From assembly GCA_963714275.1 (NCBI GenBank), contig CAVQNT010000002.1, positions 832,001 to 896,000 on the forward strand: a stretch of 64,000 nucleotides of DNA, in the 5' to 3' direction. The notes beneath the pieces were generated by a model. It was not told the origin of the DNA, did not search any database, and worked only from the letters and a program-made list of their open reading frames with translations. A program made the position numbers and the translations under genes. How positions within the stretch are numbered: position 1 is the stretch's first letter; each line of letters begins with the position of its first letter. The DNA comes from Candidatus Bathyarchaeota archaeon. Its GTDB lineage: Archaea > Thermoproteota > Bathyarchaeia > Bathyarchaeales > DTEX01. Positions 53,527-64,000 of this stretch are shown here, one piece after another.

Positions 53527-54495
53527 CTAAGGCATCCTTTCCAACACTATGCGAAGTTGAGATTGCCTAGAATCTCTGAGAACGGTTATTTCAGTTTCTT
53601 CCCCGGGCTGTTTTTCTTTTAGCACGTTTTGAAGGTCCTCGATGCTGCCGATTTTTTGACTGTCCATTCCTAGTATGATGTCGCTTTTTTTCATTCCAGC
53701 CTTGCTCGAAGGGCTATCGGATTCGACGCCTACCACAAGCACTCCGCTTTCGACTGGCAATCTGTATTGCGCTGCAACCTCTCTGGTTATCGTGAACCCC
53801 GTTATACCGAGCCACGGTTTTTTAACACCGCCGTGAAGTAAAATGTCGTCCGTGAAAGCCTTGGCTGCGTTGATCGGGACAGCGAAGCCTATGCCTTGGG
53901 CAAACGGGATAATCGCCGTGTTGATCGCGATCACTTTTCCCTCAACGTCTATGAGCGGTCCTCCACTATTCCCCGGGTTAATCGCTGCGTCAGTTTGAAC
54001 CAAGCCTTCGAAGGCTCCTTGCTCCGAATTAATCGTTCGGTTCAAAGCGCTAATCACGCCCGAAGTGACGGTTGGTCCGCCAATAAGACCAAACGGATTC
54101 CCAATAGCGAACACTCTTTGCCCAACACGCAGTTTGTCCGAGTCTCCAAGCATCGCAGGAGTCAGGTTTTCGCCTTCGATTTTTATGACCGCAACATCCG
54201 TGCTTCTGGATGTCCCCGTAAGATGTCCTTGAAAAACGCGACCGTCACTTAATGTTACGGTGATTTCGCGGGCTTCTGCGATGACGTGGTTGTTTGTTAA
54301 AACGTAGCCTTCGTTGTCAATGATGAATCCTGAGCCCATCCCTTGAACTGGGACGACCCGGTAGAAAAGGTCGCGAAATATTCTTATCGTGTTCACGTTG
54401 ACGACACTTTGGCTTGCTTTTTCAATCAGGTCAACCATGTTTTTTTCGCTCAATAGACAACGCCACCAAAGAGTAGGTAAATGATTAGTAGTCAA
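53527..54495 (-). CDS. HtrA/DegP-like serine protease with PDZ domain (true start probably ~54453)
   Basis: TNNHV, TDAAINPGNSGG, PDZ. Confidence 0.92.
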   Translation of the reverse strand: MTTNHLPTLWWRCLLSEKNMVDLIEKASQSVVNVNTIRIFRDLFYRVVPVQGMGSGFIIDNEGYVLTNNHVIAEAREITVTLSDGRVFQGHLTGTSRSTDVAVIKIEGENLTPAMLGDSDKLRVGQRVFAIGNPFGLIGGPTVTSGVISALNRTINSEQGAFEGLVQTDAAINPGNSGGPLIDVEGKVIAINTAIIPFAQGIGFAVPINAAKAFTDDILLHGGVKKPWLGITGFTITREVAAQYRLPVESGVLVVGVESDSPSSKAGMKKSDIILGMDSQKIGSIEDLQNVLKEKQPGEETEITVLRDSRQSQLRIVLERMP

Positions 54496-54604
54496 GTTTT
54501 AAACGCATATTTTAAGGATTATGCAAACACCATTAAAGCAATTTTAAAAACAGTTTTATTTCAGCAGCCCAATCATTATTTGAAGCTCTTTTGAAGGGAA
54601 AAAA

Positions 54605-56356
54605 ATGAAAGTTAATAAGCTGTCCTTTCTAATCGGCGGAGAAGCCGGTGCGGGAATCACACGTTCAGGCTTTCTTTTCGCTAAGACCTGCATGAGAACT
54701 GGGCTTAACGTCTTCGGAACCAACGACTACCAGTCTCTCATTAAAGGGGGACACAACTTCTACGTTGTTCAAGTGGACGCTGAGGAAGTTTTTTCGCAAA
54801 CTGACAAAATCGACCTTCTTTTGGCTTTAAACGCTGAGACTGTTATGCTTCACAAGGATGAATTAGTTTCAGGCGGAGGCATAATTTACGATCCCGATGA
54901 CATTTTGTTGAAACCCGAAAACCTTAACCGAGAAGACTTAATGCTCTATCCTGTTCCTTTAAAAAAGACCGTGTGGGAAGAACTGAAAGAAGACCCCATC
55001 ATGCGGAACGCTGTTGCCTTGGGAGCTGCCTTTGCCCTTTTACATTGCGACCTAGATTTGTTAGAAGAGGTTTTAAAAGGTACCTTTAAACCAGCAGTTG
55101 CAGAGTCGAACATGAAGGCTGCCAAGAAAGGGTACGACCATGTTCAGAATAATTTTGACGACAATTTTGAGTACAGACTTACAAAAATAGAATCTGCTGG
55201 TAAACGAAAAATCCTTCTAAGTGGGAACGAGGCAGTCGGGTTAGGAGCGTTAAAGGCGGGATGTAAATTTTTCGCAAGTTACCCGATGACGCCAACGACT
55301 GGGTTGCTTCATTTCATGGCTGAGAACGAAAGAAAAATGGAGATGCTCATTATTCAGCCTGAAGGTGAGATAGCAGCAATTAACATGGCTGCAGGTGCAG
55401 CTTTCGCAGGAGTCCGAGCGATGACCGCGACTTCTGGTGGTGGATTTTGCTTGATGGTTGAAGGCTTAGGCATGACTGGTATGACGGAGACTCCTGTGGT
55501 AATTATGGTTGGACAGAGACCGGGACCGAGCACAGGATTGCCGACATACTCAGCGCAGGGTGATTTGAGATTCGTCGTTCATGCGTCTCAAGGCGAATTT
55601 CCGAGGGTCGTTGTGGCTCCTGGCGATGTTGAGGAATGCTTCTATGAGACGATGCGTGCTTTCAACTGGGCTGAAAAGTACCAGATGCCTGTTATCGTGT
55701 TGACTGATAAGTACCTTGTTGAAAGCCAAGTGTCAATCGAATCCTTCGAGACCAGCCGCATGAAAATAGAAAGGGGCAACCTAATTACGGGGCAGTATCA
55801 AGGCACTGGAGAATACATGAAATACGAGCTCACCGAAACTGGTGTCTCTCCGAGGGCTCTGCCATCAACTAAAGGCGCGATTATACGAGCCAATGCTGAT
55901 GAGCATGATGAATTTGGTTTCACAAGCGAAGACCCGATGATGACGGTAAGCATGATTCAGAAAAGGCAGAAAAAACTTGTTTTCTTGGCAAAGGAACTCG
56001 AGGAAAAAAAGATCGAGACAACCAAGTTGTACGGTCCAGAAAAGGCAACAGCAACGATAGTTTCGTGGGGTGGAACAAAGGGTCCGATACGTGAAGCCTT
56101 AAAAATCCTTAAGCGTGATGGTGTCGTTGCCAATTATTTACAGATTATCTATTTACATCCCTTCCCGGTCGAAAGGGTAGAAAAAGTTCTAAACAACACG
56201 AGCAAGGCGATTGTTGTGGAACATAATAGAACCTCTCAGCTTTCAAGCCTCATCCGTGAATATTTACTTAGAGATGCGGATTATACAATTTTGAAGTATG
56301 ATGGGAGACCCTTCAGTCCCGCCTATTTAGTGGCTAAGGTAAAGGAGGTGCTGTGA
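54605..56356 (+). CDS. korA: 2-oxoacid:ferredoxin oxidoreductase alpha subunit (gamma-alpha fusion)
   Basis: GGEAGAG, YPMTP, TSGGG, RPGPSTG. Confidence 0.9.
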   Translation: MKVNKLSFLIGGEAGAGITRSGFLFAKTCMRTGLNVFGTNDYQSLIKGGHNFYVVQVDAEEVFSQTDKIDLLLALNAETVMLHKDELVSGGGIIYDPDDILLKPENLNREDLMLYPVPLKKTVWEELKEDPIMRNAVALGAAFALLHCDLDLLEEVLKGTFKPAVAESNMKAAKKGYDHVQNNFDDNFEYRLTKIESAGKRKILLSGNEAVGLGALKAGCKFFASYPMTPTTGLLHFMAENERKMEMLIIQPEGEIAAINMAAGAAFAGVRAMTATSGGGFCLMVEGLGMTGMTETPVVIMVGQRPGPSTGLPTYSAQGDLRFVVHASQGEFPRVVVAPGDVEECFYETMRAFNWAEKYQMPVIVLTDKYLVESQVSIESFETSRMKIERGNLITGQYQGTGEYMKYELTETGVSPRALPSTKGAIIRANADEHDEFGFTSEDPMMTVSMIQKRQKKLVFLAKELEEKKIETTKLYGPEKATATIVSWGGTKGPIREALKILKRDGVVANYLQIIYLHPFPVERVEKVLNNTSKAIVVEHNRTSQLSSLIREYLLRDADYTILKYDGRPFSPAYLVAKVKEVL

Positions 56357-57218
56357 AAATGGTTACACTAAAGGATTTAGTTACGCCCATCAAAAGTAAC
56401 TGGTGCCCCGGTTGCGGAAATTATGGTATCCTAACAGCGATGAAAGGGGCTTTGGTGGAACTTGGCTTGGAAAGGGAGCAGGTTGCCTTCGTTTCAGGAA
56501 TAGGTTGTCACGGAAAGATGGTTAACTACGTGGACGTAAACGGTTTTCATGGCATACACGGCAGAGTTCTCCCAATAGCCACGGGCATAAAGCTCAGCTA
56601 ACCCCGAATTAACGGTTATAGGGTTCGCTGGGGACGCTGACCAATACGATGAGGGATGGGACCACTTCTGCCATGCGATGCGGAGAAACATCGACATGAC
56701 CCTGATTGTGCACGACAACCAGACCCTCGGTTTAACAACGGGACAGACAACAGCAACAAGCCTTCAAGGGTTTAAATCCAAATCGACGCCCTTTGGCTCG
56801 GTTACACCTCCATTGAATCCCATTGCCCACGCTCTTGTCAGCAACGGAACGTTCGTTGCCCGAGGCTTCGCGGGAGACCCAAGGCACCTTCAAAGTCTAA
56901 TTGTTGAAGCTGTTAGGCACAGAGGTTTCGGGTATATCGACGTTTTTCAGCCTTGTGTAACCTTCAATTACCTGAACACGTACCAGTGGTTCCGAGAAAG
57001 AGTCTACAAACTTGATGAACAAGGACATGACTACACTGACAGGCTGAAGGCTTTGGAAAAGAGACTTTGAATGGGGTGAACGGATACCAATCGGCATCTT
57101 CTATAAGGAAGAAAGGCTCACTTACCTCGATACTTTACCTCACATAAAGGGTAAATCGCTTGCGAAATTGCCTGTTGAGAACGTGGATGTAGCCGCCATC
57201 ATCGAAACCATGAAGTAA
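56353..57218 (+). CDS. korB: 2-oxoacid:ferredoxin oxidoreductase beta subunit (two apparent frameshifts)
   Basis: WCPGCG, SGIGC, HGR, GDAD, QPCVTFN. Confidence 0.9.
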
Positions 57219-57386
57219 CTATCAAATAAAAGCACAAAACAACAAGAAATTTTCTGAGCGATAAGAACATTGTTTTTTACAATTCATTTTAAGAATCGCT
57301 GAACTTTATTGAGGATTCTCTCAGTCTGCAACCGTATAAGTTAGATTCAAGTATTACTTGGCTGTATTAACTGCTGGTGTTTTCTG

Positions 57387-58169
57387 ATGGTGCCGAAAGT
57401 TGCGCTTGTGAAGACCAAAGGAAATGTGGCAGAAGCCTATCAGCAAGCTTTGAAGCTGATCGGCGGAAAAGATTTTTTGGATGCCCTAAATGTGACAATA
57501 AAGGTTGGATTATACGACAAGCGGAACACTAACTACCCCACGGTTCAAGTCGTTAATGCGGTAGTGGACTCGTTCGCTAATTCGAAAAGGGTTCTAATCG
57601 TTGAATCTGACAACCATAACGGAAAAGCCCTAGAACGGTTACAAGAGTGGAAAGAGGTTTTTTCGGACCGTGTGACACCTTTCAGCCTTTCAGACGACCC
57701 ACACATTCGTGAAGTAACGATTTGCGGAGAAAAAATCCGCTTTTCAAGCTCGCTTTTTAAGCCCAATTTCTTCGTCAGTCTCCACGTTCTGCGTAAAGGA
57801 AAGGCAGGCTGCATCTTCAAGAATCTTCTCGGCTTAATTCCTGACACAAGGAAAGAGCGTTTCCACGACAATCTAGGCGCCACCCTCATTGAAATGGCTG
57901 AAGCCATAGGGTGGATAGACCTTGCTGTGATAGATGGAACATACATTTTTGGAAGCGAATGGAAAGAAGGCTTGCCATTAAAGAGAGAACGAAGAGACCT
58001 TATCGTCGTAGGCAGAGACCCCGTGGCAGTCGAAACAGTCGGAAGCACACTCGCAGAGGAAGATCCGCTGGCTATCCCCGCCTTAGCCATAGCTCAAAAA
58101 AGAAAACTTGGAGAAACCGACATTAATCGGATCGAAATACTCGGAGAAAGCATTAACAACTTTCTTTAA
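57387..58169 (+). CDS. DUF362 family protein
   Basis: KNLLG, VIDG, DPVAVE. Confidence 0.7.
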   Translation: MVPKVALVKTKGNVAEAYQQALKLIGGKDFLDALNVTIKVGLYDKRNTNYPTVQVVNAVVDSFANSKRVLIVESDNHNGKALERLQEWKEVFSDRVTPFSLSDDPHIREVTICGEKIRFSSSLFKPNFFVSLHVLRKGKAGCIFKNLLGLIPDTRKERFHDNLGATLIEMAEAIGWIDLAVIDGTYIFGSEWKEGLPLKRERRDLIVVGRDPVAVETVGSTLAEEDPLAIPALAIAQKRKLGETDINRIEILGESINNFL

Positions 58170-58495
58170 ACCAGACGGACATGAAGACTGATCAGCGTGA
58201 AGAACGAGTTCGACGTTGAAGAGATGATAAAACGCATAGACCGAGAGGTCAAAAAATACGAAGGGAAATTGTCTCCGAAGGACCGAAAAAAATATTCAGT
58301 ATTCTACCATAACAAAGACACCGTTGACTATGCAGAGTATGCCGTCTCAGCACATTGAAAAATACGCTTCTATGGTTTTTGGAAGAGAAAGAACTAGAGT
58401 TTTAGCTTAATAGGCAGCGTTTGAACCGTAAAATAACGTTTATCGTGGACGAAAACCGTTATTAGAACTGTATTCAAATATTTAATCGGTTAGAA

Positions 58496-58711
58496 TTGAA
58501 AGTCGAAGATAACCGAAAAAATGAAGAAACGTGTAAGGATTTCTGCGGTAGCTGCCCAAGTTACCCCGGAACAGGCGAATGGCTCTTCTGCGCAAGATGG
58601 AAAAGCAAACAAAAGATAAAAAGAAACGGGTGCCTGTGCCCCGCTTGCCAAGTTTACATTGATTACGACCTTGAAGGCGATTACTTCTGCGACAAAGGTG
58701 CAGCCACATAA
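58496..58711 (+). CDS. DUF2769-like Cys-rich small protein
   Basis: CGSCPSY...LFC...CLCPAC...YFC. Confidence 0.75.
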   Translation: MKVEDNRKNEETCKDFCGSCPSYPGTGEWLFCARWKSKQKIKRNGCLCPACQVYIDYDLEGDYFCDKGAAT

Positions 58712-58733
58712 CTTGTGGAAGCCAAAGGACAGA

Positions 58734-59117
58734 TTATTCTACAATGACCTGCTGCTCTCTTCCTTCCCAGACGCCATGCAAGTTGCAGTATCCGCGAGCT
58801 TTCAACGTCGCTGTTTCGTTCAAAGTTACGTTGATTGTGGAAACGTAGCTATCGCTCAGTTCAGGTGCGAACTCAATTCTTGAAATTAAACGTTCGCCAG
58901 TGTACAGCTCAACCCAATTTATCCAATGCCCCAATGTGTTCGGGTGCTCGATTCCGTCAATTCCGCCAACCTTGACTTTTACTGTGAAAGGCTCCTTCGC
59001 TTTGACCTTCGCTGGCGCTGCAATTACTGGTACGTGTTTTTTCGCTATGTCCGTTAGATTATTCCAGTCTTTAGGTCTGTTCAATTCAGTTAACGAAAAC
59101 TCTTTCACTTCACTCAA
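58734..59117 (-). CDS. Superoxide reductase (neelaredoxin-like)
   Basis: KHVP, HPNTLGHWI, CNLHG. Confidence 0.88.
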   Translation of the reverse strand: MSEVKEFSLTELNRPKDWNNLTDIAKKHVPVIAAPAKVKAKEPFTVKVKVGGIDGIEHPNTLGHWINWVELYTGERLISRIEFAPELSDSYVSTINVTLNETATLKARGYCNLHGVWEGREQQVIVE

Positions 59118-59369
59118 AATTCAACCCTCCTGAAAAAATTAGGGGATTCTGGTCTAATAAACATTTCATTCGTCCCTTTTTCAGATTGGTTTCCCAAACA
59201 TAAAGGCATATTGAGTAACAGCACCCCAAACGATTTACAGAATACTGAAGACCACGGTTATCAGAAGCTGCTGAATACGGTGGATGACAATTTCGATTCT
59301 AAAATTTTAAAAGGCAAGCATATATTCTGATTTATAATATAATTCTGAGACACTTCAGCTGGGTCAAGT

Positions 59370-59927
59370 ATGGTTTCAGAAAAATCCGACAGAGTCCTCA
59401 AAGCAATAGAAAAAGAGTCCGAAAGAAGTTACCTGCCCATAATCGGTCCTGAAAGAGGCAAGATTCTAGCTGAAATTGTTCGGAAAATTAACCCACAACG
59501 TGTATTGGAGGTCGGTGGTCTCGTTGGATACTCGACAATTTTGATGGGTAGAGAGCTCGAGAGCGGCGCGGAGATTGTTTCAATCGAAATCGACGAAGAC
59601 GAAGCAGAAGCTGCGAAACAAAACATACGTGACGCAGGCATCAAACCTGAGGTGCATGTTCTTGTAGGAGACGCTTCCGACTTGATTCCGAAAATCAACG
59701 GACTGCTCGACCTCGTGTTTTTGGACGCGGACAAGCACGAGTACCTTCGTCACCTGCAGCTTGTCGAAGGCAAGATCCACAAAGGCAGCACAATCGTCGC
59801 GGACAACGCTGGAATCGCCGCATACTCGATGAGCAACTATCTTAACTACGTGCGAAAATCGGGAAAATACGAAAGCCACTACTTCCCCGCGGGCAACGAT
59901 GGCTTAGAGGTCAGCACAAAACTTTAA
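59370..59927 (+). CDS. Class I SAM-dependent O-methyltransferase
   Basis: LEVGGLVGYS, FLDADK, ADN. Confidence 0.85.
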   Translation: MVSEKSDRVLKAIEKESERSYLPIIGPERGKILAEIVRKINPQRVLEVGGLVGYSTILMGRELESGAEIVSIEIDEDEAEAAKQNIRDAGIKPEVHVLVGDASDLIPKINGLLDLVFLDADKHEYLRHLQLVEGKIHKGSTIVADNAGIAAYSMSNYLNYVRKSGKYESHYFPAGNDGLEVSTKL

Positions 59928-60013
59928 CTTAACCAAACATCACAGATTATTCTTACAAAAACATTTTTCTGACTATACGTGTCGCAGATTGGGTTGAAAA
60001 TACTTGGGTTAAT

Positions 60014-61053
60014 TTATGTCTTTTTGGTTTCTTTCTTCGCGTTTCTTGGGAACCTGTGGCTTGTTTTTAATCCGAGCTTGACAAGCGAAAGCATCAGCGG
60101 AACCTCCATCAGCGGACCAATCACCGTTGCTAGGGCAGCTCCAGAGCCTATTCCGTAAAGTGTTGTTGCGACCGCGATGGCGACTTTGAAGTGGCTGCTT
60201 GACCCTATGAGGGTGGTGTCTATTGCAGTTTCATATGCCCAACCTGCAAAGTATCCGAGAAGGTAAGTCCACACAATCATGGTCGCATAATGCATCAAGT
60301 TCGGCGCAGCAAGGTAAGCGACTAAGACGGGATTGTTGAGGATGACTTCGCCCTCAAAAGAGAACAGAACAATCAAAGTCGTAAGCAAGGCAATGATGGA
60401 GATTTTTCCAACAATAGTTTGGTATGTTTCATTGAACCACTCTTCGCATTTCTTTTTTATTATTACTTTTCTAGAGACTGCGCCTGAAGCGACTGGCAAC
60501 GCAATGAAGGCTAAAACGCTGACCGCAATCAGGTCCATTGGCACGGGGATGCTACTTACGCCCAAGTAAAAGGTTGCAAACGGAGCATAAAGGAGCAACA
60601 TCAATAACGCGTTTATCGCGGTGTTTATCAGTCCCTGAGCCATGTCGCCTTTCGCGAGGAACATCCACCACATGACCATGGCTGTGCAGGGAGACAAACC
60701 GAGAAGAATCACGCCTGCAATGTACTGTGGATTTCCCACCAAGACAATATTTGCGTAAAGCATCATTAAAGGCGGATCTATCACCCAGTTAGCAATTATC
60801 GTGACAAGCAACGGTTTAGGCTTGGTAGCTGCTTTTTTTATGTCGCTGAACCGTATCCCCAGAACCGTAGGGTACATCATAAAAAAAGAAGAATGCCTAT
60901 TGGGATCGACACCTTACTAAATTTCAGCGAATCCATGAACTGCCCAAATTGCGGGATGAATCTGCCGACAAATAGACCAGCAACTATGCATAGGGCAATC
61001 CATAACGTCAAATATCTTTCGAAGACTCCGAGCTTAACCTTCCCGTCTGGCAC
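60014..61053 (-). CDS. acr3: Acr3 arsenite efflux permease (homopolymer frameshift near 60885)
   Basis: FERYLTLW, MMYP, PCTAMV, GPLMEVP. Confidence 0.88.
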
Positions 61054-61166
61054 CTTAAACTCCTCAGCAATCTCCGAAAATAAAGATTAATAGATTTAAA
61101 TTTTTCGATTTAAGACTTTTATAAAAGACAAATGGCTCCAAAGCACAAAATATTACAGAAAATAGA

Positions 61167-61592
61167 CTAGTGTCCATTTTGGCTTACGGAATTTAGAAAG
61201 GCAAATACTTGTTTGATGACTTTGTGGCTTGCAGCTCGATAGAAAGTCCACGTTCCTTCTTTGCGGTCTTTCAATAACCCGACATTCTTTAGGATGTTGA
61301 GGTGATGAGACACCGTCGGTTGAGTCATACATAAAGCCACAGTCAACTCGCAGACGCACATTTCCCTGAGACTGAGAAGCCACAACATTTTCAGCCTAGT
61401 CTCATCGCCTAGAGCTTTTAGTAAATTGCTTTGCCTTTCGAGAACGCTGGGAGCCACCGAATCCGTGGCTGTTTTTCTCAGTTCAGCCACGTACTCGTTC
61501 AGTCCCTTTGACGGAACTAGACCTGAACAAATCAACCTTTCAAGCCTTTTACTTGGTTTTGCAACCTGCTTTTCTGACTTCATATTCTTCAT
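61167..61592 (-). CDS. arsR: ArsR/SmtB transcriptional repressor
   Basis: EMCVCEL, QPTVSHHL. Confidence 0.88.
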   Translation of the reverse strand: MKNMKSEKQVAKPSKRLERLICSGLVPSKGLNEYVAELRKTATDSVAPSVLERQSNLLKALGDETRLKMLWLLSLREMCVCELTVALCMTQPTVSHHLNILKNVGLLKDRKEGTWTFYRAASHKVIKQVFAFLNSVSQNGH

Positions 61593-61737
61593 GCTGCCGA
61601 TGAGAACCTATTTACTGTTTATATAAAGACCGTGAAACAGGTTTAAGTATTTTGACTTTTCGATAATTTTTACGATCATCGGGACAATCGGAAAGCTAGT
61701 ATGGAACCTTTAATAAAGTAAAAGGGGGTAACGCGTT

Positions 61738-62136
61738 ATGAAGCACGTCCTTTTCGTATGCGTAGAAAATGCCTGTAGAAGCCAGATGGCCGAAGGATTC
61801 CTGAATGCTTTAGCTGGTAAAAAAGCAAGCGCCAAGAGTGCGGGTAACATGCCTGCGAAAACCGTTAATTCTTTAGCCATCCAAGTCATGAAGGAAGTTG
61901 GATTAGATATTTCTGATCATAAGCCTAAGATGATCATGGCGGAGATGGTTCAAGAAGCCGATAAGGTTGTTCTCATGGGTTGCAGCAGAAACTCTTGCCC
62001 GATTGTTCCGAAGGAGGTTGAAGACTGGCGGATAGAAGACCCAGCGGGGAAAGGCATAGAAAAGTTTCGAGAAGCCCGCGACACCATAAGGAAAAAGGTT
62101 GAGAAACTCATCGCGGAAGTTAACAAAGGCACATAA
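61738..62136 (+). CDS. arsC: LMW-PTP-type arsenate reductase
   Basis: CVENACRSQMAE, EDP. Confidence 0.9.
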   Translation: MKHVLFVCVENACRSQMAEGFLNALAGKKASAKSAGNMPAKTVNSLAIQVMKEVGLDISDHKPKMIMAEMVQEADKVVLMGCSRNSCPIVPKEVEDWRIEDPAGKGIEKFREARDTIRKKVEKLIAEVNKGT

Positions 62137-62257
62137 AACCAGTTAGTAACCTTTTTTTTATTGCGATACTGAACCAAAAAAATCTAAAGATTTAACCAGC
62201 GCAAACACCAAAAAATAAGAACAAACAGAAAAATACGAAGCATTTGGGGGAAACAGG

Positions 62258-62914
62258 TTGGCGGACGATGCGTTGGAACTAAAAGAAAGAGTGGGCAAAA
62301 TACTTGTTCTGCTGGAAAGGGAATATCCATATGCAAAAATTACTTTAGAATTCAATAATCCTCTTGAGTTGTTGGTAGCAACTATACTTGCTGCTCAGTG
62401 CACGGACGTGAAAGTCAACCAAGTTACACGGAGCCTGTTCAAAAAGTTCCGAACGCCGGAAGACTTTGCGAAGGCTGACCTTGCAGCGCTTGAAGTGGAA
62501 ATTAGGCCAACAGGATTCTTCAAGGTGAAAGCCAAACATGTAAAGAACGCCTGCCGAATGCTTGTCGACCAGTATGGTTCGCAGGTTCCTAAAACAATGA
62601 ATGATTTAATAAAGCTTCCAGGAGTCGCACGGAAGACAGCGAACATTGTTCTTTCGAACGCTTACGGAATAACAGAAGGTATAGCGGTTGACACTCATGT
62701 TCTTAGGCTTGTAAAGAGACTTGGGTTAACACAAAGCAGGACGAGAGAAAAAATTGAAATTAGCCTAATGCATATTGTTCCAAAAGCTTCCTGGCAGAGA
62801 TTTTCTAACCTACTCATATTCCATGGTAGAAAGGTCTGCACGGCAAAAAAGCCTAAATGCAGCCAGTGCGTGCTTAACGACCTTTGCCCTTCAGCTTTTA
62901 CTTTTAGTTTTTAG
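62258..62914 (+). CDS. nth: Endonuclease III
   Basis: LPGVARKTA HhH, VDTHV, CxxxxxxCxxCxxxxxC. Confidence 0.95.
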   Translation: MADDALELKERVGKILVLLEREYPYAKITLEFNNPLELLVATILAAQCTDVKVNQVTRSLFKKFRTPEDFAKADLAALEVEIRPTGFFKVKAKHVKNACRMLVDQYGSQVPKTMNDLIKLPGVARKTANIVLSNAYGITEGIAVDTHVLRLVKRLGLTQSRTREKIEISLMHIVPKASWQRFSNLLIFHGRKVCTAKKPKCSQCVLNDLCPSAFTFSF

Positions 62915-63112
62915 AAATAGGCAGACAAATGGCTAAGTTTTTTCATTGGCTGTTTTACACACCAAAAAAAACATAAGATACAGCACACCTTGCTTGTAGT
63001 GAGCTAAAGATGCCCAATCTGTCATGCTAAGAAAGAAATGTTTAAAGCCTGCAAGCCTTGAACCTGTCTCTAAATATTTTTATTTTTAACGACCTTATTT
63101 TTCTTTAACATT

Positions 63113-63858
63113 CTATCTGAGTCGGTACATAACAGGATGTAACACAGACATTGAAAAGCCACCACAGAAAGTCTATGCCATGGAACCAAGTGATCGCTTC
63201 ATATTTACTGCCTAAGAATCCTGTAGGTGAAACGAGAATACTGATGAGGAATCCTGCGAAAACTGCCAGATTTGACAATGATGAGACAAGTAGTTGTTGT
63301 TTTTCCTTCTGAGAATATGAATGAATCCTGCGGATTTCCAGCGTGTTTAGAAGAGATAAACCGAGACATGCGCCTTCTAAGGTGTAAACGATGCCAGAGG
63401 AGCCTAATATCTTGACTTCTGGAAAAAAGAATATCCAAAAAAAGTTTAACATTATGGGAACGATGAAAACTGTAAGGAATGAGTCTCTGATTCTCTTCTT
63501 TAGTACATCCTTTGAAAGGAAGATGTTAGAGGCAAGAAGAAGCATCAAAAACATGAACAACATCGTCATGTTGTTGAGCAGATGAGACGCATCCGAATGA
63601 ACAAAAAGTGAAGTTACGATTCCCCAAGGAGTCTCAGGTGAAGTCTGAAAGGAGCTCTTGTAAGCCTGAAAGTCTGTAAATGCTAGTGATATAAACCATG
63701 AGGCTTATGGTTAACACTGAAATAAAGAATATAAAGACTATTGTAAACCCAGTTTCCAGCTTCTCGCTGAACAACCTGCGTTCCTCAAAAGTCAATTCGT
63801 CACCCAGCAACTCTATAATCTGAGGAATAGATATGTTTTTGGAAAATTTTGAAGGCAA
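63113..63858 (-). CDS. Rhomboid-like intramembrane protease (apparent frameshifts near 63644 and 63172)
   Basis: PWGIVTSLFVH...HLLNN, GSSG, FHG. Confidence 0.65.
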
Positions 63859-63881
63859 AATTTTTGTGTTATTAAAATTGG

Positions 63882-64000
63882 TTATAGCATGTATGCTTCT
63901 GTCACGTATCTCCGCATCATTCGGTGGCTATTGAAGTAGTAGGCAACCTTACCAACAGAGTTCTCCATCATGTCAACCCAAGCGTCCCTATTCCTGTAAT
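63882..64000 (-). CDS. C-terminus of alpha-glucan phosphorylase (partial, runs off the window)
   Basis: WVDMMENSVGKVAYYFNSHRMMRRYVTEAY. Confidence 0.75.
   Translation of the reverse strand, partial: YRNRDAWVDMMENSVGKVAYYFNSHRMMRRYVTEAYML

Noticed and set aside
58180-58360. Short ORF-like stretch after the DUF362 gene
   Set aside because: No clear start or recognisable family; possibly a fragment, but it cannot be supported.

Overview
Archaeal chromosomal segment, most consistent with Bathyarchaeia/TACK (archaeal primase, GINS, PCNA, TBP, Rpo4, Pus10, aIF2-beta, BHB-intron tRNA, many TTG/GTG starts). It is mostly housekeeping and anaerobic redox genes, with 4 tRNAs (Cys, Thr, Phe with two introns, Gly). 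Three observations stand out. (1) A ~2.5 kb integrated element between tfs and pcna is bounded by a perfect 38-bp direct repeat that is the 3' end of the protein-coding tfs gene. The repeat also lies inside the element's tyrosine-integrase frame, so integration split the integrase into int(N) and int(C) as SSV-type integrases do, but at a non-tRNA target. (2) Almost all of the roughly 25 frameshifts in conserved genes are repaired by restoring an AGCT tetramer. This points to sequencing errors caused by genome-wide AGCT methylation rather than real pseudogenes. (3) Decayed gene fragments in the accessory patches tend to end in AGCT/CTAG clusters. All calls come from reading motifs by eye; no database searches were run.
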